Shown one piece after another: positions 36,491-47,717 of a stretch of DNA of 64,000 bases; the stretch's first letter is position 1, and every line of letters begins with the position of its first letter. Both the position numbers and the translations under genes were made by a program. The DNA comes from an uncultured Actinomycetota bacterium (GTDB lineage: Bacteria; Actinomycetota; Actinomycetes; Propionibacteriales; Nocardioidaceae): contig CAWAIZ010000001.1 of assembly GCA_963782155.1 (NCBI GenBank), forward strand, positions 31,878-95,877, in the 5' to 3' direction. Below the pieces are notes generated by a model. The model searched no databases, was not told the DNA's origin, and saw nothing but the letters and a program-made list of their open reading frames with translations.

Positions 36491-36493
36491 CGA

Positions 36494-37720
36494 TCACGGC
36501 AGCAGGTCGCGCACCACGGCGTCGGCGAGCAGCCGGCCCCGGATGGTGAGCGCCAGTCGCTCGTGACCCACGCGCTCCAGCAGTCCCCGGTCGACCAGGC
36601 CGGGGACTGCTGCACGTCCGGCCCCGTCCAGGGTGTCGAGCGGCAGGCCGTCGACCAGCCGCACCTCGAGCAGGACCCGCTCGACCCGTCGCGTCTCGGC
36701 GTCGAGCACCTCCCGCGCGTGCGCCGGGCTGACCGCGGCGTTGATGCGGTCGGCGTACGCCGCCGGGTGCTTGACGTTCCACCACCGCACGCCACCGACG
36801 TGCGAGTGCGCCCCCGGGCCGACGCCCCACCAGTCGGCGCCGGTCCAGTACCCGACGTTGTGCCGGCAGACGGACCCGTCGCGAGCCCAGTTGGACACCT
36901 CGTACCAGTCCAGCCCGGCCTTGGTGAGTCGCTCGTCGGCCATCAGGTACTTGTCGGCCAGGTCGTCCTCGTCCGGCATCGGCAGCTCGCCACGCGCGAC
37001 CCGGCGGGCCAGCGCGGTGCCCTCCTCGACGATGAGGGAGTACGCCGAGAGGTGCTCGGGCGCGCACGCCAGCGCGGCGTCGAGCGAGCTCTCCCAGTCG
37101 TCCAACGACTCCCCCGGCGTCCCGTAGATCAGGTCCAGGCTGATCTGACGGAAGCCGGCCTGCCGCGCCCAGTTGACGACGGCCGGGACGCGCAGCGGGT
37201 CGTGGGTGCGGTCCAAGGTGGCGAGCACGTGAGGTACGTCGGACTGCATGCCGAACGAGATCCGGTCGAAGCCGACCTGGCGGAGCTCCTCGAGGTCCCA
37301 CAGCGCGAGGCTGTCGGGGTTCGCCTCGGTGGTCACCTCGACACCTGGCGCCAGCCCGAACTCCGCCGCGATCGCCGCGAGGACGGCCCCGAGCTCCCCG
37401 GCCTTCAGCAGCGTCGGCGTACCGCCGCCGAAGAACACCGATGACACCGGTACGTCGACGTCGCCCAGCACCCGGCGGGCGAACCGGACCTCCTCGATGG
37501 CGGCCTCGGCGTACGTCGACCGCGACGCGCCGCGGGTCTCGGCGGTGCGGCCCAGGTCCTCGGCGGTGTAGGTGTTGAAGTCGCAGTAGCCGCAGCGCAC
37601 CGTGCAGAACGGCACGTGCACGTAGAAACCGAACGGCCGGCGGCCGAGCTCGGCCAGCGCGTCCTCGGGGAGGGCGCCGTCGGCCGGGGCGGGGTCGCCC
37701 GGGGGCAGCGCGGACGGCAT
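36494..37720 (-). CDS. hemW: Radical SAM heme chaperone HemW
   Basis: YVHVPFCTVRCGYCDFNTY, FFGGGTPT, EANP, DLIYGTPGE, YEVSNWA. Confidence 0.93.
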   Translation of the reverse strand: MPSALPPGDPAPADGALPEDALAELGRRPFGFYVHVPFCTVRCGYCDFNTYTAEDLGRTAETRGASRSTYAEAAIEEVRFARRVLGDVDVPVSSVFFGGGTPTLLKAGELGAVLAAIAAEFGLAPGVEVTTEANPDSLALWDLEELRQVGFDRISFGMQSDVPHVLATLDRTHDPLRVPAVVNWARQAGFRQISLDLIYGTPGESLDDWESSLDAALACAPEHLSAYSLIVEEGTALARRVARGELPMPDEDDLADKYLMADERLTKAGLDWYEVSNWARDGSVCRHNVGYWTGADWWGVGPGAHSHVGGVRWWNVKHPAAYADRINAAVSPAHAREVLDAETRRVERVLLEVRLVDGLPLDTLDGAGRAAVPGLVDRGLLERVGHERLALTIRGRLLADAVVRDLLP

Positions 37721-37797
37721 GGCTGCATCCAAGCAGCAGAGTTGCGCTGTCGGCGAACGGCCTTCGGATCCCGGTCCCCCGAGCGTTGGATGGGCGC

Positions 37798-38718
37798 GTG
37801 GAACCCCTGGACGCCTACTCGGCGATCGTCGTCGGGGTCGCGGACACCCTGACGCCGCGGGTGGCGTCGCTGCGGATCCGTGGCCGGCGTGGCGAGTCGG
37901 CCGGCTCCGCGGTCGTTCTCAGCGCGGAGGGCCACCTGATCACCAACGCCCACGTGGTCGGGTCCGCCTCGTCCGGCACCGCCGAGTTCGGGGACGGGAC
38001 CGAGGCGAAGTTCGAGGTGGTCGGCTCCGACGCGCTGTCCGACCTGGCCGTCGTACGCACCGACCGCTCGGTGCCGAGTCCCCCTGAGTACGGAGACGCG
38101 GACTCGCTGCGCGTCGGCTCGCTGGTCGTCGCGGTTGGCAACCCGCTCGGGCTCGCCGGGTCTGTGACCGCCGGAGTGGTCTCGGCACTGGGCCGGTCGA
38201 TGCCCGCGCGCGGCCGCACGACCGCTCGGATGATCGAGGACGTCATCCAGACCGACGCCGCCCTCAACCCCGGCAACTCCGGCGGCGCCCTCGCCGACTC
38301 CCTGGGCCGGGTGGTCGGCATCAACACCGCTGTGGCCGGCGTCGGCCTCGGCCTCGCAGTGCCCGTGAACGCGACGACGAACCGGATCATCTACCAGCTG
38401 ATGCACGACGGACGCGTACGCCGCGCGTACCTCGGCCTCGTCTCCAGCCCCGCTCCCCTGCCGCCCGCCTGGGCCTCCCGGAGCGGCCAGCGCACGGCCC
38501 TCCGCGTCGTCGAGGTCGTCGACGGCTCACCCGCCGCCGTCGCCGACCTGCACCGCGGCGACATGGTCCTCGCCGTCAACGGCACTCCCCTCGGCACCGC
38601 CGGCTCCCTGCAGCGTCTGATGCTGGACGACGCCATCGGCTCCCGCATCGAGATCACCGTCCTACGCAACGGCGCCCTCGTCGACGTCGTCGCCGAGCCG
38701 ACCGAGCTGGTCGACTGA
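37798..38718 (+). CDS. HtrA/DegP-like trypsin serine protease with PDZ domain (no TM anchor)
   Basis: ITNAHVV, DLAVV, IQTDAALNPGNSGG, C-terminal PDZ; TTGGAT 6 nt before GTG 37798. Confidence 0.92.
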   Translation: MEPLDAYSAIVVGVADTLTPRVASLRIRGRRGESAGSAVVLSAEGHLITNAHVVGSASSGTAEFGDGTEAKFEVVGSDALSDLAVVRTDRSVPSPPEYGDADSLRVGSLVVAVGNPLGLAGSVTAGVVSALGRSMPARGRTTARMIEDVIQTDAALNPGNSGGALADSLGRVVGINTAVAGVGLGLAVPVNATTNRIIYQLMHDGRVRRAYLGLVSSPAPLPPAWASRSGQRTALRVVEVVDGSPAAVADLHRGDMVLAVNGTPLGTAGSLQRLMLDDAIGSRIEITVLRNGALVDVVAEPTELVD

Positions 38719-38730
38719 TCGGCCGGGGCG

Positions 38731-38760
38731 CAGGTTTCCCCGGTCAGCCGGGGAAACCTG
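38731..38760. terminator. Stem-loop after the protease gene
   Basis: CAGGTTTCCCCGG-TCAG-CCGGGGAAACCTG, perfect 13-bp stem. Confidence 0.75.
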
Positions 38761-38881
38761 AACTTGTCGGCCATCCCTCCACGGCAGTTGGGCCACTTTC
38801 ACGAGGCGCTGAGCGTGGCGTCCTCACGAACTGCCGTAGTTGCGTGCCCTCGGCCCGGCGCGCTCGCGCGACACTGGCGGC

Positions 38882-39601
38882 GTGGACCGTCTCGACCCCC
38901 TCCTTGCCGCGCAGCTTCTGGTCGCGGAGCTCTATCCGGACGCCCTGCAGGCGTGGCTGGCTGGCTCCGTGACGACCGGAACGGCGACGGACACCTCCGA
39001 CCTGGACATCACCGTGCTTCTCGACGACGTGGACGTCCATCGGGAGTCGTTGGTCCACGAAGGCTGGCCCGTGGAACTGTTCGTGCACGTGGAGTCGTCG
39101 ATCCGGCACTTCGTCCAGAAGGACCTGGCCCGCCGCCGGCCGACGATGGCACGGCTGGTGGGCCTCGGCGTGCCGCTCGTCGAGGGCGACGGCGGCGCCG
39201 AGGTCCGCGCGTACTGCGAGCATGTCCTGGCCGAGGGGCCTGGGCCGCTCGAGCCCGAGGCGCTGGCGTTCGCCCGCTACGCGCTCACCGACCTCCGCGA
39301 CGACCTGCGCGGGGGCGGCCCGGCCGAGGTGGTCGGGGCAGTGGCCGTCGAGGTCTGGCGCGAGACCGCCGCGCTGCTGCTGGCGGTCCACGAGCGTTGG
39401 ACGGGCACTGGCAAGTGGCTGGTCCGCGAGCTCGCGGCGCTCGACCTGGCCGAGCACACGTCGTACGCCGCGGACCTGCACGACGCCCTGAGACGGGCCC
39501 TCGACGGCAACAGCGAGCCGCTGGCGGACCTCGCCGACGTGGTGCTGGACCTCGCGGGCGGCCCGCTGTGGGCGGGGTACCGAGCGGACGCGCGGCTCTA
39601 G
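38882..39601 (+). CDS. Nucleotidyltransferase domain protein (pol-beta superfamily)
   Basis: LAGSVTTGTATDTSDLDI, GWPVELFVH, WTGTGKWLVREL. Confidence 0.85.
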   Translation: MDRLDPLLAAQLLVAELYPDALQAWLAGSVTTGTATDTSDLDITVLLDDVDVHRESLVHEGWPVELFVHVESSIRHFVQKDLARRRPTMARLVGLGVPLVEGDGGAEVRAYCEHVLAEGPGPLEPEALAFARYALTDLRDDLRGGGPAEVVGAVAVEVWRETAALLLAVHERWTGTGKWLVRELAALDLAEHTSYAADLHDALRRALDGNSEPLADLADVVLDLAGGPLWAGYRADARL

Positions 39602-40200
39602 ACCGGCACGTTGAGCGTCGCGACGTACCCGGCCTCGACGGAGCCGGTGAGCTTGGCCATCTGCAGGGAGTACCCGTCGGAGAAGGTGCCGTCGCTGTCG
39701 AGGCTGACCTGGGCGAGGTTGCTGACCGACTGCTCGTACCCGTCGGTGGCGTAGACCGTCTCGCAGACGTCCTGCGGGAGCGCGAGCTGGAAGGTGCGTA
39801 GCTTGCCGCTGCCGCTGGTGGCGGCGTCGAGGGACTCGTAGACCTCGAAGTGCATGTGCGGCCAGCGGCCGGCGTAGCAGGCCGGGAAGATCGTCGTGAA
39901 CTCCAGAGTCCCGTCGTCGGCGGCCTCCTGGCCGCCGCGGAGGTAGTTCTCGTCGACGGCGTCCCCGTCGTACATCGGGTAGTTGCCGCCGCGGTCGCAG
40001 GGTCCGTTGGTGCCGTCGCCGGGGTACGGACCTGCCGTCTCCTCCGGGATCTCGCCGTCCGCGACCTGGACGGTGGAGTCGGAGCCGCCTCCCCCTCCAG
40101 CGCGCGGCGCGCCGCCCGGGTCCGCGTTGGCCGCGCTCGTCGAGGAGTCGTCGGCGGCGCACCCGGCCAGCGCGATGACGCCGACGCCGCCGAGCACGGA
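39598..40200 (-). pseudogene. Intradiol ring-cleavage dioxygenase-like gene, apparently 5'-truncated and internally deleted
   Basis: IPEETAGPYPGDG, ENYLRGGQ, TIFPACYAGRWPHMHFEVY present; the segment expected between GTNGP and CDRGG (including the YxWH motif) is missing; the 5' end runs into a REP pair. Confidence 0.6.
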
Positions 40201-40207
40201 CAGCAGG

Positions 40208-40300
40208 CTCGCTGGTCGAGGAAGGCGCGCTAGCGCCTGTCGCAGACCCCATGAGTTGCGAGGTCTCGTGACGGTTGCTGCGAAACCTCCTCGACCGCCG
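40208..40300. repeat. Pair of inverted REP-like elements
   Basis: CGCTGGTCGAGGAAGGCGCGCTAGCGCCTGTCGCAGACCC and GGTCTCGTGACGGTTGCTGCGAAACCTCCTCGACC. Confidence 0.75.
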
Positions 40301-40302
40301 AA

Positions 40303-42120
<1,818 letters not shown>

Positions 42121-42236
42121 GGAAGCTCCCTGAAAGTAACTGCGGTCGGGCGGCAGGGGGCCGCCGCGGGCAACCGATGCAGGGAAACCTAACCCACGTC
42201 GTTACGCGCGGGTAGGTGTTCCACGGCGCGTGGGCC

Positions 42237-42863
42237 TCAGATCGCGGGTAGCTGCAGGTCGTGCCGCTGTCGGCGGGCCTTGGTGGCGAGATACGCCGCA
42301 TTGGTCTCGTTGAGGTGTACGCCGGTCGGCACCCGGGCAGCCACGTCGACGCCCAGAGCCCGGAGCTGCTCGACCTTGTCCGGGTTGTTGGTGAGGAGGA
42401 CGACACGGCGTACGCCGAGCGCGGCGAGCATCTGTGCCGCCACCGTGTAGTCACGCTCGTCGGCTCCGAACCCGAGAGCCAGGTTGGCGTCATAGGTGTC
42501 CAGGCCGTCGTCCTGCAGGGCGTAGGCGTCGAGCTTGGCGTAGAGGCCGATGCCTCGGCCCTCCTGGCGGAGGTACAGCACGACGCCGCCCGCGGTGGCC
42601 ACCCGCTCCACGGACTCGCGCAGCTGCGGTCCGCAGTCGCAGCGGTCGCTGCCGAACACGTCGCCGGTCAGGCACTCGCTGTGCAGGCGGACGAGCGTGG
42701 GGCTGTCGTCGCGCCGGCTGACCAGGCGGCGTTCGCCGAGACGGAAGGCCAGGTGCTCGCCACCGTCCACGAGGCCGTGGAAGGTGAAGGCGCGGGCCCG
42801 GGCGGCGTACCCGTCGCTGAAGCGCAGCGGGATGTCGACCTGGGTGCGGATCGTGGCGGTCAT
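42237..42863 (-). CDS. GTP cyclohydrolase II (RibA-like, stand-alone)
   Basis: VRLHSECLTGDVFGSDRCDCG, YLRQEGRGIGL, LLTNNPDK. Confidence 0.92.
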   Translation of the reverse strand: MTATIRTQVDIPLRFSDGYAARARAFTFHGLVDGGEHLAFRLGERRLVSRRDDSPTLVRLHSECLTGDVFGSDRCDCGPQLRESVERVATAGGVVLYLRQEGRGIGLYAKLDAYALQDDGLDTYDANLALGFGADERDYTVAAQMLAALGVRRVVLLTNNPDKVEQLRALGVDVAARVPTGVHLNETNAAYLATKARRQRHDLQLPAI

Positions 42864-43552
42864 CAGTCCTCGTAACGGTCCGAGAGTGCGTAGCGGAGGA
42901 GCACCACGTCGCCGAGGCGCTGGACGTCGGCGAGGGCGGCGCGCCGGTCCTTGTTCCAGGGGAAACGGCCGTCCTCGACGAACCGCGGCGCCCGGGAGTC
43001 GCCGACGAAGAACGGCGCGACCACGAGGTGCAGCTCGTCGGCCAGCCCGGCGGTCAGGAACTGCGTGTGGATCGTGCCGCCGCCCTCGACCATCAGCCGG
43101 CGGGTACCGCGGGCGTGGAGGTCCTCGACCAGCCCCTGCATCCGCACCTTCGGGCCGCCGTCGACGATGGTGGCGACGTCTGCGAGGCGGCGGCGCGCCT
43201 CGTCGTACGCCGGCCGGGCGCAGTACACGAGCTTGTCCGTGTCCCCGGTGGAGAAGAACCGAGCGGACGGGTCGAGCCGCGCGCCATTGGTGACCGTCAC
43301 CTTGGTCGGGGTCGGCGGTAGCCCACGGGAGGTGCGCTCGTCGCGACAGGCCTGGCTGCGCACGAGCAGCCGCGGGTTGTCCTGCCGCACGGTCTGGGCC
43401 CCGACCAGGATCGCGTCGCTGGCGGCCCGCACGGTGTCGACCCGCTCGAGGTCGGCGTCGTTGGAGAGCAGCAGACGCTGGCTCGACGCGTTGTCGAGGT
43501 ACCCGTCGATCGAGATGCCGCAGCTGAGCAGGATGTACGGACGGTCAGCCAT
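42863..43552 (-). CDS. RibD C-terminal-like reductase (no deaminase domain)
   Basis: SCGISIDGY, DAILVGAQTVRQDNP, LMVEGGG, LADELHLVVAP. Confidence 0.9.
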   Translation of the reverse strand: MADRPYILLSCGISIDGYLDNASSQRLLLSNDADLERVDTVRAASDAILVGAQTVRQDNPRLLVRSQACRDERTSRGLPPTPTKVTVTNGARLDPSARFFSTGDTDKLVYCARPAYDEARRRLADVATIVDGGPKVRMQGLVEDLHARGTRRLMVEGGGTIHTQFLTAGLADELHLVVAPFFVGDSRAPRFVEDGRFPWNKDRRAALADVQRLGDVVLLRYALSDRYED

Positions 43553-44417
43553 GTGCGACCACCACCTCGCGCTGGTGCTGCGCGGCCGTAGCGGGGCGAC
43601 GTACGAGGAGCAGGGCCGCGCCGGGCAGGGCGGCGGCGAAGGCGAGCACGCCGTACGCCGTCGCGACCGACGTCCCGGTGGCGGCCCCGAGCCCCACGAG
43701 GGCGAAGACCCAGGCGGCCGCTCCCTCGCGAGGCCCCCAGCCCGCGATGTTGATGGGGAGGGCGGCCGCGACGAGTACGACGAACGCCAGCGCCGCGAGG
43801 GTGCCTTTGTCCGCCTCGACGCCCACGGCGTGCGCCGCGACGAGGAAGACGCTCGCGTGGCCCGCGGCGGCGAAGGCTGAGAGAGCAAGCACGGCGGGGA
43901 CGGTCTCGGCGTCGAGGTACTTGCGGTCCGTGAGCACGAGCACGAGGCCGGCGAGGAGGACGATGCCGCCGGCCGCGCTCGCGGCGAGTACGGGAGTGGA
44001 GGGGGCGATGTCCGCGGGCCAGGCGACCAGCACGACCAGCAGTCCCACCGCCACCTGCACCGCCTGGCCCATCACCCGCTCGACCACCACGGACCCGACC
44101 GTACGGTGCGCGATCGCCCGATGGACGTCGCCGACGATCCCGCCGGGCAGCACGGAGTTGAGGAACTGGGAGCGGTAGTACGCCGCCACGGCCTCGCGAC
44201 TCGTGATCGTGATGCCCGCCGCGCGAGCGACGAGCCGCCAGCGCTGCGCGGCACACAACGTGCTGCCCGCGACCAGCACCAGCGCGGCCACGACCGACCC
44301 CGGCCCCACCGCGCGCAGACCCGCCACGAAGGGCTGGGTACCCACCCGCCACGCGAGTACCCCAAGCACCGCCGCGCCCGCCGCGACGCGCACCAGCCCC
44401 CACCACCCTCGGTTCAT
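43545..44417 (-). CDS. Lysylphosphatidylglycerol synthase TM-like (UPF0104/flippase-like) membrane protein
   Basis: RWRLVAR, YYRSQFLNSVLPGGIVGDVHRA, LPINIAGWGPRE. Confidence 0.82.
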   Translation of the reverse strand: MNRGWWGLVRVAAGAAVLGVLAWRVGTQPFVAGLRAVGPGSVVAALVLVAGSTLCAAQRWRLVARAAGITITSREAVAAYYRSQFLNSVLPGGIVGDVHRAIAHRTVGSVVVERVMGQAVQVAVGLLVVLVAWPADIAPSTPVLAASAAGGIVLLAGLVLVLTDRKYLDAETVPAVLALSAFAAAGHASVFLVAAHAVGVEADKGTLAALAFVVLVAAALPINIAGWGPREGAAAWVFALVGLGAATGTSVATAYGVLAFAAALPGAALLLVRRPATAAQHQREVVVAHG

Positions 44418-44505
44418 GCCCACCTCGCTCCTTGTCCACCCCTACGGCGGCGAGTACGGGAGGGTTCAAGCGGCCGCCCCACGCCGGTCGAGCAGGCTCT
44501 CGTTG

Positions 44506-44693
44506 CTCGCTGGTTGAGGAGGTTGCGCATCGCTCTCGCTGGTTGAGGAGGTTGCGCATCCCTCTCGCTGGTTGAGGAGGTTGCGCATCCCTCTCGCTGG
44601 TTGAGGAGGTTGCGCATCGCTCTCGCTGGTTGAGGAGGTTGCGCATCGCTCTCGCTGGTTGAGGAGGTTGCGCAGCAACCGTCTCGAAACCCG
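44506..44693 (+). repeat. 29-bp tandem array (5 full copies + a sixth that continues into a complete REP element)
   Basis: CTCGCTGGTTGAGGAGGTTGCGCATCSCT at 44506, 44535, 44564, 44593, 44622; the unit at 44651 extends to ...GCAGCAACCGTCTCGAAACCC. Confidence 0.95.
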
Positions 44694-44722
44694 CCGACCG
44701 ACCCGCCCACCGCCCCCCGTCT

Positions 44723-44802
44723 CGGTGGTCGAGGTGCCAGGAGCCCGCGTCGTCTCGGTGGTTGAGGTGCGAGGAGCGCCAGCGACGAGCCTCGAAACCA
44801 CC
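44723..44802 (+). repeat. Additional REP-like copies upstream of the HNH gene
   Basis: GGTGGTCGAGGTG... and GGTGGTTGAGGTGCGAGGAGCGCCAGCGACGAGCCTCGAAACC. Confidence 0.65.
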
Positions 44803-44894
44803 ACCCAAAGGTACTTCCAACAATCTCTCAGAACCCTTGTGGACAAGGGCTTCTGGCGCCCACCACTGTCGGTGGTCGATGCTTGGATCGTCTC

Positions 44895-46246
44895 ATGAGC
44901 ACGGCACCCGAAGAGCGGTATGAGGTCGGAGACCTCGACCCCGCCGCCGTGCTCGCCCTGGCCGCACGCGTCGAGGTCGAGTCCCGGCGGATCGAGCTAC
45001 GGCGCCTCGAGCTGGCCCACCAATGGGCCGTCCTCCACCCCGCCACCGCCGAGACCGGCGTAGAAACCCCCGACGGCCCCGGTCTCGGCGTCCTGGACGC
45101 CGACGAGACACTAGGAGGCCCCGGCACCCCGGCCGTGGCGGCCTTCGCACCCGAATCCCTCGCCACCGCGATGGGAGTCTCGCCCGGCTCGGCACGGAAC
45201 CTGATCGCCGACACCCTCGACCTGACCCACCGCCACCCGAAACTGTGGAAGCGGGTACGCCGCCTCCAGATCCCCGCCTGGCAAGCCCGCCGCGTCGCCC
45301 AACAGACCCGACGCCTCCCCCACGCCGGTGCCCGCTGGGTCGACGACCAGCTCGCCGACCGCATCGGCTGCGGACCCGTCATCACCGACCGCCTCGTCGC
45401 CCAAGCCGCCGCCCAGTACGACCCCGAAGACCACCAACGCCGCGAAGAACAAGCCCAGTCCTCAGCCGACGTCGACCTGTCCCACCCCCAGCCCGGCCAG
45501 TACGCCGGCACCAGCGACCTCACCGCCCACGGCGACACCCCCACCCTGCAAGCGTTCTACGACCTCCTCTGCGCCATCGCCCACCAGCTCCACCAAGCCG
45601 GCGACACCGCCCCCTCGGAGAACGCAAGATCAAGGCCCTCGCCGTCATCGTCGCCCTCCTCACCGGCCAGCACACCCCCGACCCCAGCGACCTCGCCGGT
45701 TCGCTCGGCGGCCTCGGCGACCTCGCCGACCTCGCTGCTGCCGCCCGCAAGCGGCCGAGCAAGGTCAAGGTCTACCTCCGCGTCGACGCCGACGACATCG
45801 CCGGCGACATCGACACCCACCCCGGCGACGACGCCCTCACCGTCGGGCACGTCGAGAAGCTCGGCGCCGCCACCCTCGCCAAGATCCGGTCCTGGGTCGG
45901 CCACCACCAGGTCGTCATCCAACCCGTCCTCAACATGGCCCGACGTGACGCCGTCGACCACCACGACCCACCACCCTGGATGCGCGACCTCCTCACCCTC
46001 CGCGACGGCCACTGCGTCTTCCCCGGCTGCACCCGCGACGCCCGCTCCTGCGACCTCGACCACATCACCGCCTACCACCCCGACGGCCCACCCGGACAGA
46101 CCCGACCCGACAACCTCGCCCCCCTCTGCCGACGCCACCACCGCGCCAAGACCAGCGGACTCTGGCGCTACACCCGCACGCCCGACGGCACCTACCAATG
46201 GCACGGACCCCACGGCTCGAAGTCCACTACGACGCCGCTGGAGTGA
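44895..46246 (+). pseudogene. DUF222 + HNH endonuclease (REP13E12/Rv1128c-like), split by a 1-bp frameshift near 45610
   Basis: N-half in frame of 44895 (LAHQWAVLHP, FAPESLA, LIADTLDLTHRHP); C-half in frame of 45023 (RKIKALA, RDGHCVFPGC, CDLDH, NLAPLCRRHHRAKT). Confidence 0.85.
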
Positions 46247-46296
46247 GCAAGGTGGGGTTGTCGCCCTGAGTCCCGCCGCTCACCTCGAACATCCCC

Positions 46297-47313
46297 TCAC
46301 CTTCCGACCGCCTCCAGCACCGCAGACAGCTCGGTGGCGGTGCGGTCCCAGCCAGTCAGCGTCGTACGACGGTCGGCGGCGCGGACCTGGAGGCGGGTGC
46401 GCAGCGCCCGGTCGGTGAGCCAGGAACGCAACGCCGAAGAAAGGGCAGACGGATCGTCGGCCGGCACAAGCAACCCCGGCAGCGGTGTACCCAGCGCCTC
46501 ACGTACCCCGCCCACGTCGGAAGCCAGGACCGGGACGCCGCGGGCGAGGGCCTCGGTGGCGACCATCCCGTAGGTCTCGTGGCGCGAGGGCAGCACGACG
46601 AGGTCCGCGGCGGCGTACGCCGCGGAGAGCGCCGGGCCGGTCAACGCGCCCGCCAGCGTGACGCGGTCGTCGAGCTCGGCGTGGTGCAGCGAGGACCACA
46701 GCTCGGTTGCGTGGGCGGCGTCGACGGAGGCACCGACGAGGGTCCAGGCCCATGAGAGATCGGCCAGGGACTCCAGCGCAGAAACCAGCACATCGTGGCC
46801 CTTGACCGGCGTGATCGACCCGACCGACAGCAGCCGGTGCCCGGTCGACGAACCCTCGGCGAGGGTGCCCTTGTCCGTACCCGGCGGGACGACGTGGAGG
46901 CGCTCGTGCGGCAGCGAGTACGTCGACGCCAGCCAGTCGCGCGTCCACCGGCTCGTGCACACCACAGCCGCGGCAGCGGACAGCGCGTCGCGCTCAGTCG
47001 AGAAGAGTGGGTCCGAGTAAGGCTCCGGCACCCCGACCGGCAGGTGCACCAGCACCACCACGCGCAGCCGGTCCCGCGCCTCGACCAGAGCAGCAGGAGC
47101 GACCGAGCCCACCAGTCCGTCGACGACCACGGTCGCGCCCGAAGGGATGTCCGCGAGCACTGACGCCAGAGCCACGGACGTCGTCTCCACCACCGACACC
47201 TCCTGGCCGAGCGCCTGGAGCGCCGCGGCCACGCGGACGTCGTAGACGTTCCCCCCGCTCGGCCGAGCGGGATCGGAGAGGCCGGTCGGGCCGACCAGGT
47301 GCAGGACGCTCAC
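46297..47313 (-). CDS. Glycosyltransferase family 4
   Basis: [45 protein letters not shown]. Confidence 0.92.
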   Translation of the reverse strand: MSVLHLVGPTGLSDPARPSGGNVYDVRVAAALQALGQEVSVVETTSVALASVLADIPSGATVVVDGLVGSVAPAALVEARDRLRVVVLVHLPVGVPEPYSDPLFSTERDALSAAAAVVCTSRWTRDWLASTYSLPHERLHVVPPGTDKGTLAEGSSTGHRLLSVGSITPVKGHDVLVSALESLADLSWAWTLVGASVDAAHATELWSSLHHAELDDRVTLAGALTGPALSAAYAAADLVVLPSRHETYGMVATEALARGVPVLASDVGGVREALGTPLPGLLVPADDPSALSSALRSWLTDRALRTRLQVRAADRRTTLTGWDRTATELSAVLEAVGR

Positions 47314-47717
47314 GTCGGCGTCAAGGTCCGCTCGAAGCTGGCCCAGGCGACGTGCGACTCGTGCAGGGTCACCACGATCTTCCCGAGCTGCGCGCCCCCC
47401 GGACCCAGATCACCGGACAGCGCACGCGAAGCCAGCCGGTCCGCGACCACCCGGGCCAGCATCTCGGTCGAGGTGTTCTGCCCGGCGAAGTCGTCCTCGT
47501 CGTCGAGATTGCGGTAGTTCAGCCGCTCCAGCACCTCCCCCAGCAGGGTCGAGGCGCGGCCGATGTCGACCAGCACGCCGTCTTCGTCCAGCCGCGGACC
47601 CACGAACGTCGCGTCGACGACGTACGTCGCCCCGTGCAGCCGCTGGGCCGGCCCGAACATCTCTCCGGTGAACGAGTGGGCCACCATCATGTGGTCGCGC
47701 ACGGTGACGGAGAACAT
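47310..47717 (-). CDS. 6-pyruvoyl-tetrahydropterin synthase / QueD-like protein (COG0720; FGPAQ-type variant)
   Basis: [40 protein letters not shown]. Confidence 0.88.
   Translation of the reverse strand: MFSVTVRDHMMVAHSFTGEMFGPAQRLHGATYVVDATFVGPRLDEDGVLVDIGRASTLLGEVLERLNYRNLDDEDDFAGQNTSTEMLARVVADRLASRALSGDLGPGGAQLGKIVVTLHESHVAWASFERTLTPT

Noticed and set aside
38781-38837. MITE bounded by ACGGCAGTT/AACTGCCGT
   Set aside because: Only a 9-bp inverted repeat, single copy in the window, and no target-site duplication seen.
42237-43552. Riboflavin biosynthesis operon
   Set aside because: No ribE/ribH/ribB or FMN riboswitch, and RibD lacks the deaminase domain; the context points to a different pathway.
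44506-44693. CRISPR array next to an HNH nuclease
   Set aside because: The units abut with no unique spacers, the repeat is a fragment of the dispersed REP family, and no cas genes are present.
44883-46418. Single intact 511-aa HNH protein or an IS transposase
   Set aside because: After ~45610 this frame becomes Ser/Pro/Thr-rich nonsense and the HNH motifs are in another frame; there is no DDE motif or terminal inverted repeats.
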